DNA of 64,000 nt from Macrostomum lignano (Eukaryota). The stretch's first letter is position 1, and each line of letters begins with the position of its first letter. The position numbers were made by a program, and so were the translations under genes. The notes under the pieces are model-generated. The model was not told the DNA's origin. It searched no databases and saw nothing but the letters and a program-made list of their open reading frames with translations. The DNA is taken from positions 401,929 through 465,928 of the forward strand of contig NIVC01000827.1 in assembly GCA_002269645.1 (NCBI GenBank). Direction: 5' to 3'. Positions 1 through 14,986 of this stretch are shown in pieces.

Positions 1-2683
1 GGAGAGGGAGAGATACAGACAGGAGAGAGAGAGATACGAACAGGAGAGGGAGAGATACAGACAGGAGAGGGAGAGTTACAGACAGGAGAGGGAGAGATAC
101 AGACAGGAGAGGGAGAGTTACAGACAGGAGAGGGAGATATACAGACAGGAGAGGGAGAGATACAGACAGGAGAGGGAGAGTTACAGACAGGAGAGGGAGA
201 TATACAGACAGGAGAGGGAGGGATACAGACAGGAGAGGGAGAGTTACAGACAGGAGAGGGAGAGTTACAGACAGGAGAGGGAGAGATACAGACAGGAGAG
301 GGAGAGTTACAGACAGGAGAGGGAGAGTTACAGACAGGAGAGGGAGAGTTACAGACAGGAGAGGGAGAGTTACAGACAGGAGAGGGAGAGATACAGACAG
401 GAGAGGGAGAGATACAGACAGGAGAGGGAGAGATACAAACAGGAGAGGGAGACATACAGACAGGAGAGGGAGGGATACAGACAGGAGAGGGAGAGATACA
501 AACAGGAGAGGGGGACATACAGACAGGAGAGGGAGGGATACAGACAGGAGAGGGAGAGATACAGACAGGAGAGGGAGAGATACAGACAGGAGAGGGAGAG
601 TTACAGACAGGAGAGGGAGAGATACAAACAGGAGAGGGAGAGATACAGACAGGAGAGGGAGAGATACAGACATGAGAGGGAGAGATACAGACAGGAGAGG
701 GAGAGATACAGACAGGAGAGGGGGAGATACAGACAGGAGAGGGAGAGATACAGACAGGAGAGGGGGAGATACAGACAGGAGAGGGAGAGTTACAGACAGG
801 AGAGGGAGAGATACAGACAGGAGAGGGAGAGATACAGACAGGAGAGGGAGAGATACAGACAGGAGAGGGAGGGATACAGACAGGAGAGGGAGAGATACAG
901 ACAGGAGAGGGAGAGATACAGACATGAGAGGGAGAGATACAGACAGGAGAGGGAGAGATACAGACAGGAGAGGGGGAGATACAGACAGGAGAGGGAGAGT
1001 TACAGACAGGAGAGGGAGAGATACAGACAGGAGAGGGAGAGATACAGACAGGAGAGGGAGAGATACAGACAGGAGAGGGAGGGATACAGACAGGAGAGGG
1101 AGGGATACAGACAGGAGAGGGAGAGTTACAGACAGGAGAGGGAGAGATACAGACAGGAGAGGGAGAGATACAAACAGGAGAGGGAGACATACAGACAGGA
1201 GAGGGAGACATACAAACAGGAGAGGGAGAGATAGACAGGAGAGGGAGAGATACAGACAGGAGAGGGAGAGATACAGACAGGAGAGGGAGAGATACAGACA
1301 GGAGAGGGAGGGATACAGACAGGAGAGGGAGAGATACAAACAGGAGAGGGAGACATACAGACAGGAGAGGGAGGGATACAGACAGGAGAGGGAGAGATAC
1401 AGACAGGAGAGGGAGACATACAGACAGGAGAGGGAGGGATACAGACAGGAGAGGGAGACATACAGACAGGAGAGGAAGAGATACGGACAGGAGAGGGAGA
1501 GATACAGACAGGAGAGGGAGAGATACAGACAGGAGAGGGAGAGATACAGACAGGAGAGGGAGAGATACAGACAGGAGAGGGAGACATACAGACAGGAGAG
1601 GGAGGGATACAGACAGGAGAGGGAGAGATACAGACAGGAGAGGGAGACATACAGACAGGAGAGGGAGAGATACGAACAGGAGAGGGAGAGATACAGACAG
1701 GAGAGGGAGAGATACAGACAGGAGACGGAGAGATACAGACAGGAGAGAGAGAGATACGAACAGGAGAGGGAGAGATACAGACAGGAGAGGGAGAGTTACA
1801 GACAGGAGAGGGAGAGATACAGACAGGAGAGGGAGAGTTACAGACAGGAGAGGGAGAGTTACAGACAGGAGAGGGAGAGATACAGACAGGAGAGGGAGAG
1901 TTACAGACAGGAGAGGGAGAGTTACAGACAGGAGAGGGAGAGTTACAGACAGGAGAGGGAGAGATACAGACAGGAGAGGGAGAGATACAGACAGGAGAGG
2001 GAGAGTTACAGACAGGAGAGGGAGAGATACAGACAGGAGAGGGAGAGATACAAACAGGAGAGGGAGACATACAGACAGGAGAGGGAGACATACAAACAGG
2101 AGAGGGAGAGATACAGACAGGAGAGGGAGAGATACAAACAGGAGAGGGAGAGATACAGACAGGAGAGGGAGAGATACAGACAGGAGAGGGAGGGATACAG
2201 ACAGGAGAGGGAGAGATACAAACAGGAGAGGGAGACATACAGACAGGAGAGGGAGGGATACAGACAGGAGAGGGAGAGATACAGACAGGAGAGGGAGACA
2301 TACAGACAGGAGAGGGAGGGATACAGACAGGAGAGGGAGAGTTACAGACAGGAGAGGGAGAGTTACAGACAGGAGAGGGAGAGATACAGACAGGAGAGGG
2401 AGAGATACAGACAGGAGAGGGAGAGATACAGACAGGAGAGGGAGAGATACAGACAGGAGAGGGAGAGATACAGACAGGAGAGGGAGAGATACAGACAGGA
2501 GAGGGAGAGATACAGACAGGAGAGGGAGACATACAGACAGGAGAGGGAGAGATACAGACAGGAGAGGGAGAGATACAGACAGGAGAGGGAGAGATACAGA
2601 CAGGAGAGGGAGAGATACAGACAGGAGAGGGAGAGATACAGACAGGAGAGGGAGAGATACAGACAGGAGAGGGAGAGATACAG
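1..2683. repeat. 21-nt purine-rich minisatellite (AGACAGGAGAGGGAGAGATAC)n
   Basis: Direct reading; runs off the window start. Confidence 0.97.
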
Positions 2684-3210
2684 TCTAAAAAGAAGACACA
2701 ATGCGGTGCAAGACAGTTGGCGCAGAGACGGATGACTGCAGCCCTCTTAGACAGTGTTGGCTGCCGCTGACAGCGAAGGGTCAGCATTCGGGCTTCCTCA
2801 TTGAGTCAGCGCAGGAGTGAGGGGCCTTAATTACGGTTTCACGGTTTCATAATTAATACAGCGGTCGAGCCCTTCACGGCCGACATAAACTCAATTAGCT
2901 ACTTCTGTGACGGCGGACGCTTACCCATTCTCCTCACAAGACTTTGGGGCTTTTTATCCCATTTCCTTTGGTCGGACACCCTTACGGCGTTGAGGCAAAA
3001 AGGAATAGCAAAAGATGCAAGATCGCTTTTATTTTGCTTTCAGAGTTGCTCTATTAGTCCTGAAATAGGTCGCACTTCTTCGACTGGTAATTATTAATCC
3101 GGTTTGCTCTTTTGCGAATTAGCAGTGCCTTAATTGATTTATTTTATTTTACACCAATTCTCTGAAAAATTCTCTTTCTTCTTCACTTTCCAACTGCAGT
3201 CCCGCCTCAT

Positions 3211-4711
3211 ATCTCCTTCTGTGCTCTCCCTGAGGTTCCATCTGTCTCCTTCTGTGCTCTCCCTGAGGTTCCATCTGTCTCCTTTGTACTCTCCCTGAGG
3301 TTCCACCTGTCTCCCTCTGTACTCTCCCTGAGGTTCCACCTGTCTCCTTCTGTGCTCTCCCTGAGGTTCCATCTGTCTCCTTCTGTACTCTCCCTGAGGT
3401 TCCACCTGTCTCCCTCTGTGCTCTCCCTGAAGTTTTACCTGTCTCCCTCTGTGCTCTCCCTGAAGTTCCACCTGTCTCCCTCTGTGCTCTCCCTGAAGTT
3501 CCACCTGTCTCCCTCTGTACTCTCCCTGAGGTTCCACCTGTCTGCCTCTGTGCTCTCCCTGAGGTTCCACCTGTCTCCCTCTGTGCTCTCCCTGAAGTTC
3601 CACCTGTCTCCCTCTGTGCTCTCCCTGAGGTTCCATCTGTCTCCTTTGTACTCTCCCTGAGGTTCCACCTGTCTCCCTCTGTGCTCTCCCTGAGGTTCCA
3701 CCTGTCTCCCTCTGTGCTCTCCCTGAAGTTCCACCTGTCTCCCTCTGTGCTCTCCCTGAGGTTCCACCTGTCTCCCTCTGTGCTCTCCCTGAAGTTCCAC
3801 CTGTCTCCCTCTGTGCTCTCCCTGAGGTTCCACCTGTCTCCCTCTGTGCTCTCCCTGAAGTTCCACCTGTCTCCCTCTGTGCTCTCCCTGAGGTTCCACC
3901 TGTCTCCCTCTGTACTCTCCCTGAGGTTCCACCTGTCTCCCTCTGTGCTCTCCCTGAGGTTCCACCTGTCTCCCTCTGTACTCTCCCTGAGGTTCCACCT
4001 GTCTCCCTCTGTGCTCTCCCTGAGGTTCCACCTGTCTCCCTCTGTACTCTCCCTGAGGTTCCACCTGTCTCCCTCTGTGCTCTCCCTGAAGTTCCACCTG
4101 TCTCCCTCTGTGCTCTCCCTGAGGTTCCACCTGTCTCCCTCTGTACTCTCCCTGAGGTTCCACCTGTCTCCCTCTGTGCTCTCCCTGAGGTTCCACCTGT
4201 CTCCCTCTGTACTCTCCCTGAGGTTCCACCTGTCTCCCTCTGTGCTCTCCCTGAGGTTCCACCTGTCTCCCTCTGTGCTCTCCCTGAGGTTCCACCTGTC
4301 TCCCTCTGTGCTCTCCCTGAGGTTCCACCTGTCTCCCTCTGTGCTCTCCCTGAAGTTCCACCTGTCTCCCTCTGTGCTCTCCCTGAGGTTCCATCTGTCT
4401 CCTTTGTACTCTCCCTGAGGTTCCACCTGTCTCCCTCTGTGCTCTCCCTGAGGTTCCACCTGTCTCCCTCTGTGCTCTCCCTGAAGTTCCACCTGTCTCC
4501 CTCTGTGCTCTCCCTGAGGTTCCACCTGTCTCCCTCTGTGCTCTCCCTGAAGTTCCACCTGTCTCCCTCTGTGCTCTCCCTGAGGTTCCACCTGTCTCCC
4601 TCTGTGCTCTCCCTGAAGTTCCACCTGTCTCCCTCTGTGCTCTCCCTGAGGTTCCACCTGTCTCCCTCTGTACTCTCCCTGAGGTTCTACCTGTCTCCCT
4701 CTGTACTCTCC
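3211..4711. repeat. 33-nt minisatellite (CTGTGCTCTCCCTGAGGTTCCACCTGTCTCCCT)n
   Basis: Direct reading; 11-aa periodicity in the ORF track. Confidence 0.97.
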
Positions 4712-5156
4712 CTATCTCTCACTCGCTCCCTATATACCCTTCCCTTCGATGTATCTGCTTCTCAAGATGTCTCGTTTGTCGACTTATTTTTCCGTTAAAT
4801 ATTCTATCTACCTCGAAAAATTCCAAAATAATAATTTCCTGAAGCCAGTCAGTGTGCGCGGGACTCGAAGCTCAGATGCTGGCGGTCGATTTCACAATCA
4901 CAAAGAATGCTTTTTGATTTGCTTTTTGATTAATTTGCCTATCTAGAATTTTATGGTTATGGCATAATGAGAATTCTTTCTTATTGACAAATCAACCGCG
5001 ATGTTTTTTAATTGCGGCAGCGGAACGAAGAGATTATGGGTTGGACTATTTAGCTCGTGAGATTCCCAATATCTGTTCGATACGGCGAATGCCGGCTAAA
5101 TTGTTATGCTAAGGAGTTTCTTAGAAAATCACAAAATTCTTAGGTGACCTACGTTG

Positions 5157-6368
5157 GTGAGGAGGGTGAGGGAGAAGGGAGTGAGGGAGACAGAGGTGAG
5201 TGAGGGAGACAGAAGTGAGTGAGGGAGACAAAGGTGAGTGAGGGAGACAGAGGTGATCGAGTGAGGGAGACAGAGGTGATCGAGTGAGGGAGATAGAGGT
5301 GATCGAGTGAGGGAGACAGAGGTGAGTGACGGAGACAGAGGTAAGTGACGGAGACGGAGGTGAGTGACGGAGACAGAGGTGATCGAGTGAGGGAGATAGA
5401 GGTGATTGAGTGAGGGAGATAGAGGTGATCGAGTGAGGGAGACAGAGGTGAGTGACGGAGACAGAGGTGAGTGACGGAGACAGAGGTGATCGAGTGAGGG
5501 AGATAGAGGTGATTGATTGAGGGAGATAGAGGTGATCGAGTGAGGGAGACAGAGGTGAGTGAGGGAGACAGAGGTGAGTGACGGAGACGAAGGTGAGTGA
5601 CGGAGACGGAGGTGAATGAGGGAGACAGAGGTGAGTGAGGGAGACAGAGGTGAGTGATGGAGACAGAGGTGAGTGACGGAGACGGAGGTGAATGAGGGAG
5701 ACAGAGGTGAGTGACGGAGACGGAGGTGAGTGACGGAGACAGAGGTGAGTGAGGGAGACAGAGGTGAGTGAGGGAGACAGAGGTGAGTGACGGAGACAGA
5801 GGTGAGTGACGGAGACGGAGGTGAGTGAGGGAGACGGAGGTGAGTGACGGAGACAGAGGTGAGTGAGGGAGACGGAGGTGAGTGAGGGAGACGGAGGTGA
5901 GTGACGGAGACAGAGGTGAGTGAGGGAGACAAAGGTGAGTGACGGAGACAGAGGTGAGTGACGGAGACAGAGGTGAGTGACGGAGACAGAGGTGAGTGAC
6001 GGAGACGGAGGTGAGTGAGGGAGACGGAGGTGAGTGAGGGAGACAGAGGTGATCGAGTGAGGGAGACAGAGGTGAGTGAGGGAGACAGAAGTGAGTGAGG
6101 GAGACAAAAGTGATCGAGTGAGGGAGACAGAGGTGATCGAGTGAGGGAGACAGAGGTGATCGAGTGAGGGAGACAGAGGTGATCGAGTGAGGGAGACAGA
6201 AGTGAGTGAGGGAGACAAAAGTGAGTGACGGAGACAGAGGTGAGTGAGGGAGACGGAGGTGAGTGAGGGAGACAGAGGTGAGTGAGGGAGACGGAGGTGA
6301 GTGAGGGAGACAGAGGTGAGTGAGGGAGACGGAGGTGAGTGAGGGAGACAGAGGTGAGTGAGGGAGGC
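5157..6368. repeat. 19/23-nt minisatellite (GAGGGAGACAGAGGTGAGT / ...GGTGATCGAGT)n
   Basis: Direct reading; contains AG|GTGAGT on the + strand. Confidence 0.95.
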
Positions 6369-6861
6369 AGAAGGTAGAGCTGCATTGTACAGTTTGATGA
6401 AGTGAGCAGAGATGCTGGTATTAGAAGAGAAGCGAGTGCTTCTCCTTCCCCAAAATGGAGAGAATATCGTATATTTATTAAAGCTGCATTTAATTTGCAA
6501 ACACTATGCAAAAATAATAATGGATTTGTCATTCTGGAATAGTACAAGTCATTGGGGATGATGCCATAATTGAAGGAAAATCTCATAGGGGATGAGGAAT
6601 TGGAGGAAAAGCCACTCAATACCTCATCCCCTCAGTCAAGCAGTTGCGCCTGATCCTCGAGAATGCGCCCTCACTGTTTTATGCTTATACTTTTCTTGCA
6701 GCTGGCAGGAATAAATAACGAGGGCCTGTTGCGGAGCCTAAATTCTAGTCTGATATTTCGCGTCACAAAGGATTCTAATTTTAAAACCTATGCAGTCTGC
6801 AAAAATCTGCTTGGAGAGGACACGCAACGTTTTTAACGTATTTCAAAATCATAATTCAACA

Positions 6862-7900
6862 TGCTCCCTTTTGTCTCCCTCACTCTCTCCCTCACTCTCT
6901 CCGTCACTCCCTTCTGTCTCCCTCACTCTCTCCCTCACTGTCTCCGTTACTCCCTTCTGTCTCCCTCACTCTCTCCCTCACTCTCTCCCTCACTCTCTCC
7001 CTCACTCTCTCCCTCACTCTCTCCCTCACTCTCTCCGTTACTCCCTTCTGTCTCCCTCACTCTCTCCCTCACTCTCTCCCTCACTCTCTCCGTTACTCCC
7101 TTCTGTCTCCCTCACTCTCTCCCTCACTCTCTCCCTCACTCTCTCCGTTACTCCCTTCTGTCTCCCTCACTCTCTCCCTCACTCTCTCCCTCACTCTCTC
7201 CGTTACTCCCTTCTGTCTCCCTCACTCTCTCCCTCACTCTCTCCCTCACTCTCTCCGTTACTCCCTTCTGTCTCCCTCACTCTCTCCCTCACTCTCTCCC
7301 TCACTGTCTCCGTTACTCCCTTCTGTCTCCCTCACTCTCTCCCTCACTCTCTCCCTCACTGTCTCCGTTACTCCCTTCTGTCTCCCTCACTCTCTCCCTC
7401 ACTGTCTCCGTCACTCTCTCCGTTACTCCCTTCTGTCTCCCTCACTCTCTCCGTTACTCCCTTCTGTCTCCCTCACTCTCTCCGTTACTCCCTTCTGTCT
7501 CCCTCACTCTCTCCGTTACTCCCTTCTGTCTCCCTCACTCTCTCCCTCACTCTCTCCCTCACTCTCTCCGTTACTCCCTTCTGTCTCCCTCACTCTCTCC
7601 CTCACTCTCTCCCTCACTGTCTCCGTTACTCCCTTCTGTCTCCCTCACTCTCTCCCTCACTCTCTCCCTCACTGTCTCCGTTACTCCCTTCTGTCTCCCT
7701 CACTCTCTCCCTCACTGTCTCCGTCACTCTCTCCGTTACTCCCTTCTGTCTCCCTCACTCTCTCCGTTACTCCCTTCTGTCTCCCTCACTCTCTCCGTTA
7801 CTCCCTTCTGTCTCCCTCACTCTCTCCGTTACTCCCTTCTGTCTCCCTCACTCTCTCCCTTAATCACTTCCGTCTCCCTCACTCACTTCTATCTCCCTTA
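6862..7900. repeat. Composite pyrimidine-rich array (CTCTCTCCCTCA plus CTCTCTCCGTTACTCCCTTCTGTCTCCCTCA)
   Basis: Direct reading. Confidence 0.93.
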
Positions 7901-8502
7901 CTCTCACTCAATGCCTCTCTCTACCGCATTCACACCCATGACGGCCAACTCTTCCAAGGTGTGAAATTGTTTGAGACTCAGGCCCCTTATACACTTTGTT
8001 TTTTAGCATGTGTCTGCGTAAAAACTCAAATAAATAAGCCATATCTATAGGACTGCCGATATGTATCGAAAAATAACTTTCCACATTGCTAAAACAAACT
8101 ACGAAATAAGAAAAAGTTTGATAAGCCGGATTTGAGAGGGAAAAGTGCTAAGGAATTAACTCTATCTAGGAAAGTGTTCAGCCAGTGCAGAAGTTGACTC
8201 TCTTTATTGTGTGTACTAAGATAATTTGAAGGCATAAGTCTGTCACCTGTCAATTATTTAATAGGTGATTGCGTGACTGGGGCAAACAGGGGCTCCTACT
8301 AAGCCACTAAGACGCTAAGCCACAAACACAGACTTCGGCTTCCAATCTGGCCGACTAATTAGTGATGACATTTTCGATCAAATAAAGCACACTATGTATC
8401 TGTCGGTTGTTTCACATTTCTCTACAAATTCCGCTATTATTTTCCTTATATTCCTACTCCTACTAAGTAAGTAGTATGATTCATACATATTTTTCATTTT
8501 AG

Positions 8503-8712
8503 GCCTTACTGCGACCAGCAGCAGCAGCAGTTCCAGCGTGGCTCCGACAGCCGCATCAGCCGCCGCGACTTTCAGCATCCCGGAGGAGTCAGCGACTGCC
8601 GATCCAGCGCCTGCTGGAGAGCTTCTTGGAGGTGCCGCGGCCGGCATGGGATTGAGGAAGCGAGCCCAGAGCCTCGCTGCCACAATGTTCAACTTGCAGG
8701 ACCTGCAGCTGG
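8503..8712 (+). CDS. Synaptotagmin-like gene, internal exon (Ser/Ala-rich linker); upstream exon(s) not identified
   Basis: Acceptor tttcattttAG at 8501-8502, donor GTGAGC at 8713. Reads (G)LTATSSSSSSSVAPTAASAAAT...RKRAQSLAATMFNLQDLQL. Phase-1 end matches the phase-1 start at 11871. Confidence 0.7.
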
Positions 8713-8720
8713 GTGAGCAG

Positions 8721-9790
8721 GATGCTTGACCCCCGATGCTTGACCCCTGATGTTTGACCCCCCTGATGCTTGACCTCCGATGCTTGACCCCCGATGCTTG
8801 ACCCCTGATGTTTGACCCCCCCTGATGCTTGACCTCCGATGCTTGACCCCCGATGCTTGACCCCTGATGCTTGACCCCCGTTGCTTGACCCCCCGATGCT
8901 TGACCCCCGATGATTGACCCCCGATGCTTGATCCCTGATGCTTGACCCCGATGCTTGACCCCCGATGCTTGACCCCTGATGTTTGACCCACGATGCTTGA
9001 CCCCCCCCCGATGCTTGACCTCCGATGATTGACCCCCGATGCTTGATCCTTGATGCTTGACCCCCGATGCTTGACCCCCGATGCTTGACCCCGATGCTTG
9101 ACCCCGATGATTGACCCCTGATGCTTGATCCCTGATGCTTGACCCCCGATGCTTGACTCCTGATGCTTGACCTCCGATGCTTAACCCCCGATGCTTGACC
9201 TCCGATTCTTGACCCCCGATGCTTGACCCTGATGTTTGACCAACGATGCTTGACCCCCCTCCGATGCTTGACCTCCGATGCTTGACCCCTGATGCTTGAC
9301 CTCCGATGCTTAACTCCCGATGCTTGACGCCCCGATGCTTAACCCCCGATGCTTGACCCCCGATGCTTGACCCCGATGCTTGACCCCTGATGTTTGACCC
9401 CGATGCTTGACCCCCCCGATGCTTGACCCCCGATGCTTGACCCCCGATGCTTGACCTCCGATGCTTAACCCCCGATGTTTGACCCCCGATGCTTGACCCC
9501 CGATGCTTGACCCCCGATGCTTGACCCCCGATGCTTGACCCCCGATGCTTGACCCCCGATGCTTGACCCCCGATGCTTGACCCCCGATGCTTGACCCCCG
9601 ATGCTTGACCCCGATGCTTGACCCCCGATGCTTGACCCCCGATGCTTGACCCCCGATGCTTGACCCCCGATGCTTGACCCCCGATGCTTGACCCCCGATG
9701 CTTGACCCCCGATGCTTGACCCCAAATGCTTGACCCCCGATGTTTGACCCCCAGTGTATGAACCTCAATGTGTGACCCCCTACACTTGAC
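8721..9790. repeat. ~14-nt minisatellite (GATGCTTGACCCCC)n
   Basis: Starts 8 nt after the donor at 8713; variable C-run length. Confidence 0.96.
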
Positions 9791-10289
9791 CCCTGTTGCT
9801 TGACCCCCGCCCCGATACTTTCCCCTAGCTGTTTGCTTTCACCGATGCTTTTTACATCAAAGTCCCACAGTCCTGCAGTAAAGGCAATCACCTGTGACCT
9901 AACAGCCACGTGATAGATTTTAACACAGCAGCCCCCCCCCTCATCATGGGGTCTAAGCTCTTTAAATCATGTATTTTTTCATTGAAGTCAATCTTCTTTA
10001 CTTTCTTCCTGCAAAAATCCATCAATTATATTACACAGCAATAATATATTGTTGAAATATGAGCGTGCATAATGCAGAGCCATTCAAGTAGATTAACTCA
10101 GCATAAGCCTGATGACCTTCTCCATTCGCTTCCTCTCCTCACCTACCCTCTTCCCTTGTTTCCGCTCTCGCCAACAACCTTTCTTGGAAAAACAGGTCAC
10201 AGTGTGCAGTGTGAGTCTGCCCTGCAAATCTCTATTTTTATTTAAAAAGTTAACAATGTCTTCCTCAGTCACTCTGTTTCTCTTACCCA

Positions 10290-10790
10290 TTCACTCTCTT
10301 CCTTTTCCTCATTCACTCTCTCTTCCTCATTCAGTCTCTCTTTCTCATTCACCCTCTCTTCCTCATTCACTCTCTCTTCCTCATTCACACTCTCTTCCTC
10401 ATTCACCCTCTCTTCCTCATTCACTCTCTCTTCCTCATTCACACTCTCTTCCTCATTCACCCTCTCTTCCTCATTCACTCTCTCTCCCTCATTCACTCTC
10501 TCTTCCTCATTCACTAGCTCTCTTCCTCATTCACCCTCTCTTTCTCATTTACCCTCTCTTCCTCATTTACCCTCTCTTTCTCATTCACCCTCTCTTACTC
10601 ATTCACCTTCTCTTCCTCATTCACCCTCTCTTCCTCATTCACTCTCTCTCCCTCATTCACTCTCTCTTCCTCATTCACTAGCTCTCTTCCTCATTCACCC
10701 TCTCTTTCTCATTCACCCTCTCTTACTCATTCACCCTCTCTCCCTCATTCACACTCTCTTCCTCATTCAACCTCTCTTCCTCATTCACCT
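10290..10790. repeat. 18-nt minisatellite (TCATTCACCCTCTCTTCC)n
   Basis: Direct reading. Confidence 0.92.
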
Positions 10791-11167
10791 CCCTATAGAG
10801 GCTTCTATTCTTTTGTTTTGCAGTCACAAACAACAGTCTAATACATTTTTTGTGAAATTGCAAGCCTTTCAAAGAAGTCATTGTTCAGCCAGGCGCTTCC
10901 ATCGCAGGTTGCACTTTTCGTTCTCAAAAAGCGGGTGCCGCAAAGCTACAGCCTCCTTTCAGCTTCACTCCCCTCCTTCCAAACGGTGCTCTAACGCTGC
11001 TTGTGAAACCCACCCACCTAGGAATGATTGTGCTTGCTTTTTTAGAGCCGCTTTTTTATGGGGCCTATGCAAATACGGCAACCCCCATATCCTTAATAGA
11101 ATATAAGGCTGTGAGCCTACCAGTGTCAGTCAGTTTGCATGCACCTGTGAAAGTTGTGCGGAAAGCT

Positions 11168-11613
11168 CTGTGCACAGGCACTCACATTTTCACTCTGCAC
11201 AGGCGCTCACATTTTCACTCTGCACAGACACTCACATTTTCACTCTGCACAGACACTCACATTTTCACTCTGCACAGACACTCACATTTTCACTCTGCAC
11301 AGACACTCACATTTTCATTCTGCACAGACACTCACATTTTCACTCTGCACAGGCACTCACATTTTCACTCTGCACAGACACTCACATTTTCACTCTGCAC
11401 AGGCACTCACATTTTCACTCTGCACAGACACTCACATTTTCACTCTGCACAGGCACTCAAATTTTCACTCTGCACAGGCTCTCAAATTTTCACTCTGCAC
11501 AGACACTCACATTTTCACTCTGCACAGGTCACTCTGCACAGGCACTCACATTTTCACTCTGCACAGGCGCTCACATTTTCACTCTGCACAGGCACTCAAA
11601 TTTTCACTCTGCA
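11168..11613. repeat. 25-nt minisatellite (CTCTGCACAGACACTCACATTTTCA)n, acceptor-like on the + strand
   Basis: Direct reading; about 17 units. Confidence 0.95.
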
Positions 11614-11870
11614 ATTTTCGCACTACTCAAATTCATACCCAGCGTACTTTCGTTTTCACTCATAAGCCACTCAATGGCTGTCACTGCTTTGGATGCCCAA
11701 ATCCGAATTGGGCAAATCTCTCCACCTCATCTCCCTTCCAGCTTCTTCATTGGTCGGCTAGCAACTATCTAAAATCCCACCCGATTATGAGAAACCCTGA
11801 AATGAGAAGCAGGGATCCCCCAGTCTCCTTGCTGTTATTTTTCTCAGAATTTCATTCATCGCTTTCTTAG

Positions 11871-12094
11871 CAGCAGCGGCAGCCGCAACAACAACGGAAA
11901 CAATGGCATCCGCGTCTCAATCGCCAAACTGCAATGCACCGATTGGAACTGCTGTTGCTGCAGGTGGAGGTCCGGGTTCGAGTCGGGGCGTCGTAGCTTT
12001 CCCCAGCGATTTCAAGCAGCGCGAAAGAAGACGAGCCAGCATGCAGGACGCCATTGACGCCTCGAAGATCAATGCGGATCTGTACTCTAAGCTG
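11871..12094 (+). CDS. Synaptotagmin-like gene, exon preceding C2A
   Basis: Acceptor gctttcttAG at 11869-11870, donor GTGAGG at 12095. Encodes ...ERRRASMQDAIDASKINADLYSKL, resembling the pre-C2A segment of synaptotagmins. Phase 0 end. Confidence 0.75.
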
Positions 12095-12199
12095 GTGAGG
12101 CTGGCCGCCGCGTTGAGGGGGCTGCTTGCACTGGGTTTGACCCCCTCTCTCTTTCTCATTTTCCCCTGTGAATCTTCTTCTCATTAAGTCAACTCCTAT

Positions 12200-12990
12200 C
12201 CTCATTCACATTCTTTTTTCACACTGTCTATTCCTCATTCACACTGTCTATTCCTCATTCACACTGTCTATTCCTCATTCACACTATTTCTCATTCACAC
12301 TTTTCATCCCTCATTCACACTTTTTCTCATTCACACTATCTATTCCTCATTCACACTGTTTATTCCTCATTCACACTGTTTATTCCTCATTCACACTGTC
12401 TATTCCTCATTCACACTGTCTATTCCTCATCCACACTGTTTATTCCTCATTCACAGTCTATTTTTCATTCACACTATCTTTCACATTTTCCTATTCACAG
12501 TCTGCCACTCTCTTTATTCTTCATTCACACTCTCATTCACACTCTTATTCACTCTCCCTCTCTCATTCAGACACCCTCATTCACGCACTCTCATTCACGC
12601 ACTCTCATTCCCTTTCTCTCTTCCTCATTCACACCCTCATTCACACACTCATTGACATTTCCTTATTCACACTCTCATTCACACTCTCATTCACACTCTT
12701 ATTCACTCTCCCTCTCTCATTCAGACACCCTCATTCACGCACTCTCATTCACGCACTCTCATTCCCTTTCTCTCTTCCTCATTCACACCCTCATTCACAC
12801 ACTCATTGACATTTCCTTATTCACACTCTCATTCACACTCTCATTCACACACACTCATTCACACACTCTCATTCACACACTCTCATTCACACACTCTCAT
12901 CCACACACTCTCATCCACACACTCTCATTCACACCTTCTCATTCACACATTCACACACTCATTTACTCTTACACTTTTTCATTCACCCTC
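12200..12990. repeat. Degenerate CATTCACACTCT-type array (18-nt grading to 12-nt units)
   Basis: Direct reading. Confidence 0.88.
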
Positions 12991-13406
12991 GCCCTCTCTC
13001 ACTCCTCCGATCACTTTCACGCCCCAGAACTCTCTGTCCATCCATCCGACTGTCTGTATCCAACTCAGCACTAATTCGCCTACCCCGAAAAACACAGGGG
13101 GGGGGTAGAAAAAGCAGAGCATCTCAGCTTCTCCTTAACTCACTCTGGGCTCAGTCTCCATTTCTGCTAGCCAAGCTGGCAGATTCTTTCCGCTCATATT
13201 GGAAATCAATCTTGCCCGATATTGACTCGGTCTGGGGGGGGGGCTCTGACCCCCATTCCCTTCCCTGGTAGCCTCTATGTTCCTTTTCTCCTCACTCTGT
13301 CATCATCTTTGCGAAAAATTAATAGATACAGGTAGGCAGACATTGCAGTATAGATAATGGAGCTTGTTAATCTCCTGCTTGATCTCACATGTAATCTTAG
13401 CAGAGC

Positions 13407-14505
<1,099 letters not shown>

Positions 14506-14986
14506 TCCCACAAGTTACTAACACTAAAGAACACACAAGTTACTAAGTGCATGTATGCAGAAATATTGATTGACAGCTGACTTGTGCTATAACACAAGCT
14601 CGTAAAACAGAACAAAAAGCTCCTGTTTTCATCGTATTTTAAGTACCTGATGTTCATCCTTCAGGATTTGTCTGTTTCCTTCCCAGGCACTGTATAGTGA
14701 AAAAAAAACTATAAAACTATAAAACAACTGCGTTCTTATTTGCCTGCTTCCGCCAGACTGAGAAAATAATTAGGATTTTAAAGCACTGCTCAAAGTTGAC
14801 TTCAGTGCAAGCGAAACTCACTTTTCAATTAAATTTTCACTCATCAAGCAATATTTTAATTAATTTTTTTGGTTGCGAGTTTGTGAATGCAGTTGATTTT
14901 TTGTTGACTGTCTTGGGGCGTGACGGAGCGACCCGCAGTACTTATGTTATTTATGAGATTTATTTATTTATTTATTTATTTATTTA

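Noticed and set aside
2684-2820. Possible upstream synaptotagmin exon (ATG 2701, MRCKTVGAETDD...)
   Set aside because: No TM or family motif, and donor options are weak or phase-inconsistent; cannot be supported.
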